The notes beneath the pieces are model-generated. The model was not told the DNA's origin. It saw nothing but the letters and a program-made list of their open reading frames with translations, and made no database searches. This document shows, in pieces, positions 14,669-23,700 of a stretch of 28,838 bases of DNA. Origin of the DNA: Pyrinomonadaceae bacterium (lineage in GTDB: Bacteria > Acidobacteriota > Blastocatellia > Pyrinomonadales > Pyrinomonadaceae). Positions within the stretch are counted from its first letter, which is position 1. Every line of letters begins with the position of its first letter. The translations under genes and the position numbers were made by a program. Location: positions 1 to 28,838 of the forward strand of contig DATEWS010000451.1 in assembly GCA_035257785.1 (NCBI GenBank). Direction: 5' to 3'.

Positions 14669-16153
14669 CTAAGGGGCGTTTGAGTTGGAGGGAGGTTTGG
14701 TCAGTTCTTCGTAATGATTCAGCACTTTCCAACGGTCACGCTGAGTGCGAACGCTAACAGCCGCGAGGCCGAGAACTGCTTCTCTTTTGATCGTGGCGTT
14801 TGCGGGCGAGGGATTTGCATCCGCTTTACTGATCGCGGCGTCAAAAGCCTTGCTCGCCTCGTCAGTGTTTCCGGTCAGAAGATTTGCGCGACCGTAAAGA
14901 TACAAAAAATCCGCATTCGGCGAATCGAGTGGACTCTGAACGTTTGACGCCAGCAACTCCTTGCTGATGTCGTTCGCGAGCCACGCGCGTGGATCCTGAT
15001 CGACTTGCCTTCGCGCACGTTCGAACTTCACAAAAGGCTCCTCCGGAACCGGCGTGCTCGTTGGCGCGGAAACCGCCGGTGTTTGCGCCCTGGTTGCCAG
15101 GAAGGGAATTCGTTCCTTGTAACGCGCGCCTGCATAAAAAGCTCCGCCGATTAACAACAGCACGACCAGAACACCTAACAAGCGCCCCACGCCACTGCCT
15201 CCTTTCGCCGCCACAGGCGCCGCAACGTTGAGTGGTTCTGTCACAACTGCGGCTGCCGTCGCAGGCGCCGGAAACGCGATGCGCGAAGCCGGAACAAAAG
15301 TGTTCTCCGGTTCAGAACCGTTGCTCTGGACCGCGTAAACCGGCTCCGTTTCCGGCGTAATCGTCGGTTCCAGATCTGCCAAACGCTCGCCGGCTTTCAA
15401 ATGTTCGCCAACACGCACAACGATCACAGTCAAATTGTCTTCCGCGCCACGCTCGTAGCAACGTCGTTTCAACTCACTGCAAAGATCGTCGAGACTGTTG
15501 CTGATAACCATTAGCTGCCGCAGCTCGTTGTCGGAAACGTGACGAGTGATGCCGTCAGTACAGAGCAGAAACTCCGTGCCGTCTTCGACTTCCATCGTCT
15601 TCATGTCAACTTCGACAGCCTGCTCAGCGCCGAGCGCACGACTGATGACGTTCTTACTGGGATGATTCGCGGCTTGCTCGGGCGTCATTCGTCCGGCCCG
15701 CACTTCTTCTTCGACGATCGAGTGGTCCTCAGTTTCGCGGTGCAGTTGCCCGTCCGGAGTGAGACGGTAGAGACGTGAATCACCGACGTGACCGAACGTC
15801 GCGACGTTGCCTTTGAGATGGAGCGCGACGATCGTAGTCGCCATCATCGAAAACTTCGCGTGCTCCTGGGCCATCTGGTGAATGGAAGCATTCGCGCGTT
15901 GAATGGCGAGCTCCATCAAGTCTTCAACGTCGGCGCCGTCAACCTGGTGTCGAAACGCTTCGTCGAGAACTTCGATCGCTGTTTGCGACGCTACCTCGCC
16001 CGCCTCAGCGCCACCGACGCCATCCGCTACAGCGAAGATGGAACGACCCTGATCGTGGAGGAGTGCGTCCTCGTTCAGTGGGCGCCGTTCGTTCAGGCCG
16101 CGGTCCGTCAGGGCTGCGGAGTGGACCTGAAAGGTTTTAGTGTCTTCGCTCAT
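14669..16153 (-). CDS. PP2C/PPM-family Ser/Thr phosphatase (PstP/Stp1-like) with a TM helix and a helical, TPR-like C-terminal domain
   Basis: TDRG..R..NED, VADGVGG, GHVGDSRLY, LLCTDG, GAEDNLT; TM LLGVLVVLLLIGGAFYA; C-terminal FLYLYGRANLLTGNTDEASKAFDAA is TPR-like. ATGA overlap with the rodA stop. Confidence 0.92.
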   Translation of the reverse strand: MSEDTKTFQVHSAALTDRGLNERRPLNEDALLHDQGRSIFAVADGVGGAEAGEVASQTAIEVLDEAFRHQVDGADVEDLMELAIQRANASIHQMAQEHAKFSMMATTIVALHLKGNVATFGHVGDSRLYRLTPDGQLHRETEDHSIVEEEVRAGRMTPEQAANHPSKNVISRALGAEQAVEVDMKTMEVEDGTEFLLCTDGITRHVSDNELRQLMVISNSLDDLCSELKRRCYERGAEDNLTVIVVRVGEHLKAGERLADLEPTITPETEPVYAVQSNGSEPENTFVPASRIAFPAPATAAAVVTEPLNVAAPVAAKGGSGVGRLLGVLVVLLLIGGAFYAGARYKERIPFLATRAQTPAVSAPTSTPVPEEPFVKFERARRQVDQDPRAWLANDISKELLASNVQSPLDSPNADFLYLYGRANLLTGNTDEASKAFDAAISKADANPSPANATIKREAVLGLAAVSVRTQRDRWKVLNHYEELTKPPSNSNAP

Positions 16154-17841
16154 TCAACTGCCTCCAGCTTAAGGGGAGAAGAACTCTTAGCTACCGGCCG
16201 ATCCGCTATGACACGATCGCGGGCATTTCTACTTGAAAACGCCATCAGCATCCCGAGCATCGCAAAACTAGTAATCAAACTGAAACCACCGTGACTCACA
16301 AACGGCAACGTGATTCCAGTCATCGGCAAAGCACGCAAGATACCGCCAATATTCACGAGGGCTTGAAAACCGACAAACGCTGTTAGACCTGCCGCGCATA
16401 ACTTCGTAAACATATCACGCGCCTCCAGCGAAGTGCGAACTCCTGCGACCACAAAAATAATGATCGCGAGGATGATCACAGCCCCACCAGCGAGGCCGGT
16501 TTCTTCAGCAATTGCGGCGTAAATGTAGTCGGAGTCGGCAATCGGGATCACTTCCGGAAAACCCAGACCAAAGCCGCGTCCGGTTGATTTGCCGGAGGCG
16601 ATTCCAAACTGCGCCTGCGCGGGTTGAAAGGCGAGTTGGTCGAACCAGATATCAACGTTAACAGTCTTCTGCATCGCCGGGCTCTGCTCGGCTAGTTCTT
16701 TTAGTTTCGGATCCTTCTTCAGTGCTTCATCGTAGTCTTTCTTCCACCACGAGACTTCCGGCGACGGCGGATCGAAACCATCGAGCCAGAGATGGAAGCG
16801 TTGTTGAATGCGAGAGGGAAGTGCAGCGCTGATCGGGCGTGCGATCGTCGGCAGCAGCGGCACTTTTTCCTGTATGTCGCGCGGTAACGCGCCAACGACG
16901 AGGATGCTGATCACGAGCAGCACCGAACCGACGAAGAGAAGCAGTTGTGGCCAGCGACGAACAGCGACGAGATAAAGCGTCGTGTAAGCGCCGCTGAAGA
17001 TCAACATCTGGCCGAAGTCTTTGAGTGCGAAGAAGGGAACAAATGGCAATATTGCCATCACGAGTAGCGGCACGATGTCGCGCGCGCGTGGAATGCCCCA
17101 GTAAGTCTCAGCGAGATCTTTGTAACGAGCGGTGAGAATGCCTGCGAAGCCGACGAGGAACGGGATCTTCGAAGGTTCCCACGGCGTCATGTTACCGAGT
17201 GCTTTACCAGCGCTGGATGTGACGACTGCGATCGCGAGTGGAGCAAGCGTGAACAATACGATGATGAAACTATTTCGCTGTAGCCATAAGAGAAAACCGT
17301 CACGCGCACACAACGAATACGCGATCGCGAAAGCGAAGAACGAGAAGACTGGAATCCATGTGTAACTCGAAGTGATGGCGTTCCAGAGTGAGTAGTTCGA
17401 CTCTTTTTTCGGGAGTTGACTGATATCGATCGGCTGGGCCGGAGTTGGAGGCAGACCCATCATCTGTTTCTTGATGGGATCGTAGTTCTCCATGATGTAG
17501 CGCGTACGCAGCGCCTGCATCTTCTCTTCGCGCGCAGCGGCTTTGTTACGCGCGTTGTATTCCGGATCGCTATAGAGGCGATACTGGATCAGCATGCCGA
17601 AGGCGAACAGGAGAATCGCGGTGGTGAAGAGAACCCAGTTGCCGGCAAATCTCTTGCTGCGCGAGAGCCAGAGCACCAGGAAGATCAGTGGAACGAACAT
17701 CGCGAGGTCGCGCACCGCGCCGATGATCGATGTTTCGTATCCTCGCAACAAGCCGGAACGATGCACCGCGAAATAACCGGTGATCTCGAGGCCGAGAATG
17801 ATCAGGATGATTAATAGATGTGACGATGCCCGATTCCGCAT
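16150..17841 (-). CDS. rodA: SEDS-family peptidoglycan glycosyltransferase (RodA/FtsW), 563 aa, with loop insertions
   Basis: KDFG, GFGLGFP, DSDYIYAAIAEE (catalytic Asp region), NIGG...LPMTGITLPFVSHGGFS; about 10 TMs; adjacent to a class B PBP. The rodA symbol rests on synteny. Confidence 0.88.
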   Translation of the reverse strand: MRNRASSHLLIILIILGLEITGYFAVHRSGLLRGYETSIIGAVRDLAMFVPLIFLVLWLSRSKRFAGNWVLFTTAILLFAFGMLIQYRLYSDPEYNARNKAAAREEKMQALRTRYIMENYDPIKKQMMGLPPTPAQPIDISQLPKKESNYSLWNAITSSYTWIPVFSFFAFAIAYSLCARDGFLLWLQRNSFIIVLFTLAPLAIAVVTSSAGKALGNMTPWEPSKIPFLVGFAGILTARYKDLAETYWGIPRARDIVPLLVMAILPFVPFFALKDFGQMLIFSGAYTTLYLVAVRRWPQLLLFVGSVLLVISILVVGALPRDIQEKVPLLPTIARPISAALPSRIQQRFHLWLDGFDPPSPEVSWWKKDYDEALKKDPKLKELAEQSPAMQKTVNVDIWFDQLAFQPAQAQFGIASGKSTGRGFGLGFPEVIPIADSDYIYAAIAEETGLAGGAVIILAIIIFVVAGVRTSLEARDMFTKLCAAGLTAFVGFQALVNIGGILRALPMTGITLPFVSHGGFSLITSFAMLGMLMAFSSRNARDRVIADRPVAKSSSPLKLEAVE

Positions 17842-17848
17842 ATGTTTT

Positions 17849-17902
17849 AACCACAGATGACACAGATAGAAAATCGGATTTTTTTCTGTGTCATCTGTGG
17901 TT
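17849..17902. repeat. REP-like inverted repeat, family A copy 2
   Basis: AACCACAGATGACACAGA / TCTGTGTCATCTGTGGTT: perfect 18 bp. Its 18-nt loop TAGAAAATCGGATTTTTT is nearly identical to the loop of copy 1. Confidence 0.88.
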
Positions 17903-17904
17903 TC

Positions 17905-19740
17905 TTATCTGAAATACCCGAGGTCCCTCGCTTTCAACACGAGCGCTGCGGCGATGGGCGCAGCGGATCTCGATCCGTAACCACCACCTTCAACAATCAC
18001 CGCCATCGCAAGCTGCGGCTTCTCGAGCGGCGCGATGCACAGAAACCAACCGTCAATCCGCGGATGGTCATTGTCCATGATCACTTCATCGTACTCGCGG
18101 ATGATGTTGCCCTTATTATCGCGCTCGACCTTGTGTTGCGTCTTGGGTTCTCCAGTCTTGGGATCGTAAACAGGCACGACCTTCTGCGCCGTTCCCGTTT
18201 TGCCACCGGTATTGATTCCCGCGGCCTTCACTGGTCCAAACACACCGCGCGCCGTTCCACTTGGACCACCTGTGACCAACCCCATGATGGATCGCAAACG
18301 AGCCGCAGTCTGCGGCGTCATCACCTGGTTGAACGGCTGTGGCGCCACGTTGTACTCGATCCGGGGCTTCATCAACTTGCCTTCCATATTCCCAATCGCC
18401 GACGCCGCGAGCGCCATTTGAAACGGCGTCATCTGTCCCGCATAACCCTGACCGTAACCCATCAACGCCAGGTCGTATCTCGTCACCTGCTTCCCCGTAA
18501 CGATCGTCGCCTCCCTCGGTGCGAGCGCGCGTTTAACTGCATCAGTGCTCGCATCCCAGATCTCCGGCAGCTTGCGACCACGCAACGCTTCCGAAGGCGT
18601 GTCATAAGCACCGATGCCCAACAACTGCGCCGCGCGTTTCAGACGTTCCGGTCCGAGCTTCACGCCCATCTGCGCGAAGTACTGGTTACAAGAAACCTCA
18701 TACGCCTGATCGATCTTGATCCGGCCGTGTACTTCGCCCGGTCCACCATCGTCGAAAATCACGGGCGCTCCGGGCGCGGCATAGTAACCACCGCCACTAC
18801 AGGTAAACTCCGTGTCCTGCTCGCCCGCCAGAAACGCGGCAGTCATAGTCACTGTTTTAAAGGTGGAGCCGGGAATGTAATACGCACCGAGCGCACGACT
18901 GACGAGCGGTTTGTCGCGTTCATTCGCTTCGAGACGAATCCACGTTGCTTCGTCGTCAACTTCCGCCAGACTGTAAGAAGGCTCGCTGTAAAGCGCGAGC
19001 ACGTCTCCGGTTTGCGGATTAAGAACTACGACCGCGCCGTGCTTTCCCTTCAACTGGTCCACCGCGGCCTGTTGCAGCGAACGATCGATCGTGAGGCGCA
19101 CGTCCTGGTTGCCTTTGAACTCGACTTCCTTGCCTTTAACGATCTCAAGCGCTTCGGGCAGAGCGCCACTCTGAACTCCGAACAACGCACGCTCGAGTCC
19201 CGGATCGCCGCGATCCGATCCGAATATGTGGGCCAACGCCTTATCCATCGGATACTCACGCTGGATGTTGCCGCTCGAATCGCGTTTGTAATAAGCGAGC
19301 GGTTGGTCCACACGACCGCTGCGATCATAGATCCAGCCGCGCAGCGTAGATTGCGAAAGCCGGCGCACGCGCAGGTCCTTGTAACTCAAGTCCTGAAACT
19401 TTTCATTTTGTTCTACAGCGTATTGCGCCCAGTAGATATGAAAACCAAAGAGGCCGAACGCAAGCAGGATAAAAAACCAGCGCAGAGCGCGTAATCCGCG
19501 ATTGGTTGAAGTTGACCCGAGTCTTTTTCGGACTTCTTTGGGAAGGTCTTCAGGAATAGCAGGACCGATCTGGCGACGACTGCGAATCAGTCCGAGCAGT
19601 AAGAGCAAAATGACGAAGCCGAAACCTCCGACGTAGATCAGCGTGAACAGCGCCGGGGTTCGTTCGGGCACATGCGGAGTCGGAAGGGGAGTAGGTGCAG
19701 AAGTTTGGAAGAGAAGTAGAAGTAATATGAATCCGTTCAT
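17905..19740 (-). CDS. pbpA: Class B penicillin-binding protein (PbpA-like transpeptidase)
   Basis: LRGWIYDRSG pedestal motif, SxxK (PGSTFK), SxN (SCN), KTG (GKTGTAQ). The symbol is assigned from similarity of architecture and synteny to the actinobacterial rodA-pbpA pair. Confidence 0.88.
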   Translation of the reverse strand: MNGFILLLLLFQTSAPTPLPTPHVPERTPALFTLIYVGGFGFVILLLLLGLIRSRRQIGPAIPEDLPKEVRKRLGSTSTNRGLRALRWFFILLAFGLFGFHIYWAQYAVEQNEKFQDLSYKDLRVRRLSQSTLRGWIYDRSGRVDQPLAYYKRDSSGNIQREYPMDKALAHIFGSDRGDPGLERALFGVQSGALPEALEIVKGKEVEFKGNQDVRLTIDRSLQQAAVDQLKGKHGAVVVLNPQTGDVLALYSEPSYSLAEVDDEATWIRLEANERDKPLVSRALGAYYIPGSTFKTVTMTAAFLAGEQDTEFTCSGGGYYAAPGAPVIFDDGGPGEVHGRIKIDQAYEVSCNQYFAQMGVKLGPERLKRAAQLLGIGAYDTPSEALRGRKLPEIWDASTDAVKRALAPREATIVTGKQVTRYDLALMGYGQGYAGQMTPFQMALAASAIGNMEGKLMKPRIEYNVAPQPFNQVMTPQTAARLRSIMGLVTGGPSGTARGVFGPVKAAGINTGGKTGTAQKVVPVYDPKTGEPKTQHKVERDNKGNIIREYDEVIMDNDHPRIDGWFLCIAPLEKPQLAMAVIVEGGGYGSRSAAPIAAALVLKARDLGYFR

Positions 19741-19749
19741 CCAGTTTCG

Positions 19750-20598
19750 CTACTCACTTTTACGCAATCGTACTTCTACGTCTCCAAAACCAACCACATC
19801 GCCGTCTTCGATCAATCGTGATTCACCATAAGAGATGCGACGCCCGTTGAGGTAAGTGCCGTTGGTCGAACCAGTGTCGGCAACGAGAAGCGTGCCTTCG
19901 GCAGTCATCAAGAGCGCGCCATGAATCTTCGACACGCTTGCGTCGTTCAAGGTGAGTTCGTTATCAGCGGCGCGGCCGACGTTGAGTCGTTTGCCTCCGG
20001 GCTTGAAGATCAGCGGAATTTCGCGCGTGCCGGCTGGCATAGTAACGCGTGCGATCACCTGGATGTCAGGCATCGGCGGCGCCGCGCCCGGAATCGGCAA
20101 ACCCAATTTAGCGGCGCGCATCTCTTCGTCCTGACGCCTGAGATCCTCTTCGAATTCTCCAAAAGTCGGATCGACGGAGATTCCGGTGGTGAAGATGTCG
20201 ACTTCGGCGTCGACCGTAACTGGTCCAAGCGTGCGGTAACGATGATCGTTAATGTGATCGATCGCGGCGGCGAGCACTTCGTTTTTCAGATCGTGAAGAA
20301 TTTCGGGCGGTGCTTCGGAATGCGTGCCCCACTCGACTTTGAGGACGAGGTGGTGCGGCGCGATCCTGCCTTTCCTGCCTTCGTCTCGAACGCGCTCATC
20401 GATCAACTTTTTCATGCGCTCGATGAGTTTCGAAGTGGTGAGTCCGCTTCGCGGTTCGACTGTGCGACCGAGCCCGCGGTCGACGACGCTGCCCATGCCT
20501 TCGAGCACGCGACGCAGCAGGCGTTCGGGTAGCGCTTCCTCGCGCTTTTTCCTTGCGTCTTCGTTTACCTTACCAGCCGAGTCTTCTGCGTCAGTCAT
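19750..20598 (-). CDS. FhaA-like protein: DUF3662-like domain + FHA domain
   Basis: IAPHHLVLKV...AIDHINDHRYRTLGPVTV (DUF3662-like); FHA motifs VGRAADN, SVSKIHG, DTGSTNGTYLNG. Confidence 0.88.
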   Translation of the reverse strand: MTDAEDSAGKVNEDARKKREEALPERLLRRVLEGMGSVVDRGLGRTVEPRSGLTTSKLIERMKKLIDERVRDEGRKGRIAPHHLVLKVEWGTHSEAPPEILHDLKNEVLAAAIDHINDHRYRTLGPVTVDAEVDIFTTGISVDPTFGEFEEDLRRQDEEMRAAKLGLPIPGAAPPMPDIQVIARVTMPAGTREIPLIFKPGGKRLNVGRAADNELTLNDASVSKIHGALLMTAEGTLLVADTGSTNGTYLNGRRISYGESRLIEDGDVVGFGDVEVRLRKSE

Positions 20599-20640
20599 GA
20601 ATAACCAATACGAGTTTTCTCGAAAGCAGTTTCGTGCAGC

Positions 20641-20646
20641 ATTCTA
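20641..20646 (-). promoter_or_regulatory. Possible sigma70-type -10 element (TAGAAT) for the FHA-pbpA-rodA operon
   Basis: TAGAAT on the - strand about 43 nt upstream of ATG 20598. No convincing -35 at 17-nt spacing. Confidence 0.3.
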
Positions 20647-20664
20647 GCGCAAATTCAGAGAGGG

Positions 20665-20757
20665 TTTCACGCAAAGGCGCAAAGTTCACACAAAGCCCGC
20701 AAAGAAGGGTTCATTCTCCTTTGCGCCTTTGCGTAAACTTTGCGCCTTTGCGTGAAA
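20665..20757. repeat. REP-like inverted repeat, family B, nested double stem
   Basis: TTTCACGCAAAGGCGCAAAGTT (20665-20686) / AACTTTGCGCCTTTGCGTGAAA (20736-20757): perfect 22 bp, plus an imperfect inner stem of the same unit. Lies just downstream of the stop of the VIT-TBDR gene. Confidence 0.9.
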
Positions 20758-20767
20758 AAATTCGCAG

Positions 20768-23700
20768 CTAGAAGAGGAACTTCACCGAGAATCGCATAGT
20801 CCGGGCACCGCTCGTTGATGTCGACTGACCAAACGCAAGACTATTCCCCGCGACGAGATCATTCCCAACCGGATCTTCAAAATTCGTGTGATTGAACACA
20901 TTGAAAGCATCCGCCTGAATCTGTAGCGCGACGGTTTCGCTGAAGTTGAACTTCCGGCGTAATCCCCAATCAACCTGGCTGAACGAAAAACCGCGCAAGC
21001 CGTTTCGCGCAAAACTTCCTTGCTCCAAAGTTGACGGGATCAGAAACGCCCCCGGGTTGAGTCGTCGCCCTCCGGGCGCCGTCGCGTCAAGAATATAAAA
21101 CGAAGTTCCGGTAGCAACATCCGGTCGGAAATACGCCACGCCGTATGAAGTCGGAAACATGTAAACGACATTCAACGGCCGCGCGGAGCGAGCGTTGAAG
21201 ATCGAATGGGTCGCCCAATTACGGAAGAGTTTATTTCCCAGGCCATGCGCGAATGGCGCCGGCAGTTGGTAAGAGATGTGGCCGGCGAGATGGTGCCTGA
21301 CGTCAAAGTCGGATGGACCACGATCGAGTTCAGGATTCGCGCTCGCCATGATCACTCTTCGCTCTGAATCCTCACTCACATTGTCGCGTGACTGTGACCA
21401 CACGTACGAGACGTGCGCGACGAGATTGGCAGAAACCGAGCGATCAAAGCTCAGTTGAAGAGCGCGATAATCCGAGTTGCCGCGATTCGTTACGAGTCGC
21501 AGAAAACCCTCATCAAAAAGAGTCTCGGTATGCAGCAGTCTCTTGCCTGACGAACCAACATAGACAGCAGAGACTTCTTGATCTGATCCGAGAGTTCTTT
21601 CGAGTGAAACACTCCAGTCAATCGAGTACGGCACTTTCAGTTGGCGATCAAAAGCAATGACAGGCAGCGCGCTGTCGCCCGAGACGAAGGGGATCGAGTT
21701 TGCGAAATAGTTTCCGGAGCGGTCCTGGCTCACGTCGTATACAACACCCACAGATCCTCGCAACACCGTGTTAGCGTTCTGATCCATTTGATAAGCAACG
21801 CTCGCGCGCGGAGCGAAATTGCCGAACGTCGTGTTCCACAGTTGCTGGCCGTCGGTCGATGGCGCCGGCGCGAGTTCCCAACGCGTGCCGTACACGAGTG
21901 TCACTCGCGATGACGGTTTCCACTGATCCTGTCCGAACAGCGATAACCTATTGAACACCGGCTCCTGCGGAGTGTCGTGATTCACAAAGCTGATGCGAGA
22001 CAGCACACCGCCGGTAAACAGAACGTTTTGCTCCGATGCTCGCTGCCCGATAGTGGGTGAGAAGCGGCGATAGTCGGCACCAAACTTTAGATCGTGATTG
22101 CCGCTGATTCTTTGCACGAAGCCAACCAAATTAAACTGGCGTTGCACGCTCGCTGTCTCGTCGCCGCGCATGAACGCCGCGTTACGCGAACTCAGATCGA
22201 AAGTAAATGCTGACGGGGAGAGATTGTCAGGCACTACCGCGCCGCCAACGTCGTCGAGCAGATATGCGCCGTTCACCCTTGCGCGACTGTAGTTGGCGTG
22301 CAACTCCATCTGCATAACTGGCGAGAACAGGTGGATCAGCGATCCGGTGAATGCTCGTGCTCGGGTGCGAACTCGATTAGTGGTGTTGAGTGAAAAGCCG
22401 TTTGCGCCGCGCTGTGACGCGTCGGAGTCTGCGAAGCTATAACGTCCCAGCACGTTCGATCCGGAAGTGAAGTTATGTTCGAGTCGCAAACTGCCAACAT
22501 CGTGTCGCACCGGATTTGCGAAGCTCGCTGCGAACTCGGCGAAACCATCAGGCCGCGCTGGACCAGTCGGTAATGGAAACGCGTTCAGAAACGATCCGGC
22601 AGTTCGCGAGCTTAGTGAAGGCACATCCGTGACTCCGACGGATGGTTGCCGCAATCGCAGTCCTTCGTACGCGCCGAAGAAGAACGTGTGATCGCGTCTG
22701 ATTGGACCACCAAACGAAGCGCCGAAAAGATTCAGTCTTCTCGGTGGTTGCTCAAGACCGCGACTGTTGGCAAACCAGTCACTCGCATCGAAGACGTCGT
22801 TCCCGAAGAAATGAAACACAGAACCATGAAACTCATTGGTTCCGGCGCGCGTGCTCACGTTGATCTGCGCGCCTGCGCCGGGACCGTCCTCGGGCTTTGT
22901 GGCAAGTGTTTGAATGTTTATCTCAGCAATCGCGTCGAGCGAAGCAATGCCATTGGTTCCACCACTTGCAGTCAGCGCTGGAGCATTACCTGACGCAGAG
23001 GACCCGGGACTTTCACCGCCCGCGGCGATGCCGAACTTCGCGCTCACGCCATCAACCTTAAACTCATTTGCGTTTGGTCGATGACCATTCATTGCAAGAT
23101 CAACGTTGTACAGGGAATTGGCGGATTGATTGGCGCTCGCGCCGGGCGTCAGAGCTACCAGACTGTTGTAACTTCTCCCTTGCAGCGGCAATTCCGAGAT
23201 GGTACGTACAGCGATTGTTGAGTATAGAGCACAGGTAAATCCGGGACTCCCACTAACAATAGTGACGCACTCCGTAATGCCTACGACGTTCGATGAAACA
23301 TCGACACGTTGCGGCGCATCAGCACCAGTAAAGATCTGATCGTCGATCGCGACAAAGGACGTGTACTGCGTCATCAGCTTGAACGTCAGACCCAGTTGCG
23401 TGACCTCTTCCCGCAATTGTTCTTGTTGAGGTTTGTTTTCCGGCGATTGGGCCAACTCCTGGCCCATGAGATCGGAGACCTTGCGTCTGGCCCATAATGT
23501 TGCCAGCACGTCGTGATCAGCTTCAGTCTCCGGCAGTTTCACTCTGATCTCACGCACGAATTCCTGGCCCGCCATTTTTCCTTTCAAACGTATCGTTCCT
23601 TCAGCGCCGGACGAATATCGTCCCGAGAGAATCACGGGCTTCGCGCTAAAGAGGTCAGGGATGTTCTTTGGATAGACGTCGCTCACCGGCATGCTGCCCC

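Noticed and set aside
12097-16153. Type VI secretion Fha/PppA/PpkA regulatory module
   Set aside because: No tss/vgrG/hcp genes in the window; the genes are interleaved with a SEDS and a PBP, and the FHA proteins are FhaA-like.
17857-19494. 545-aa + strand ORF
   Set aside because: Antisense to a PBP with intact catalytic motifs, starts inside a repeat, and has an Arg/His-rich shadow composition.
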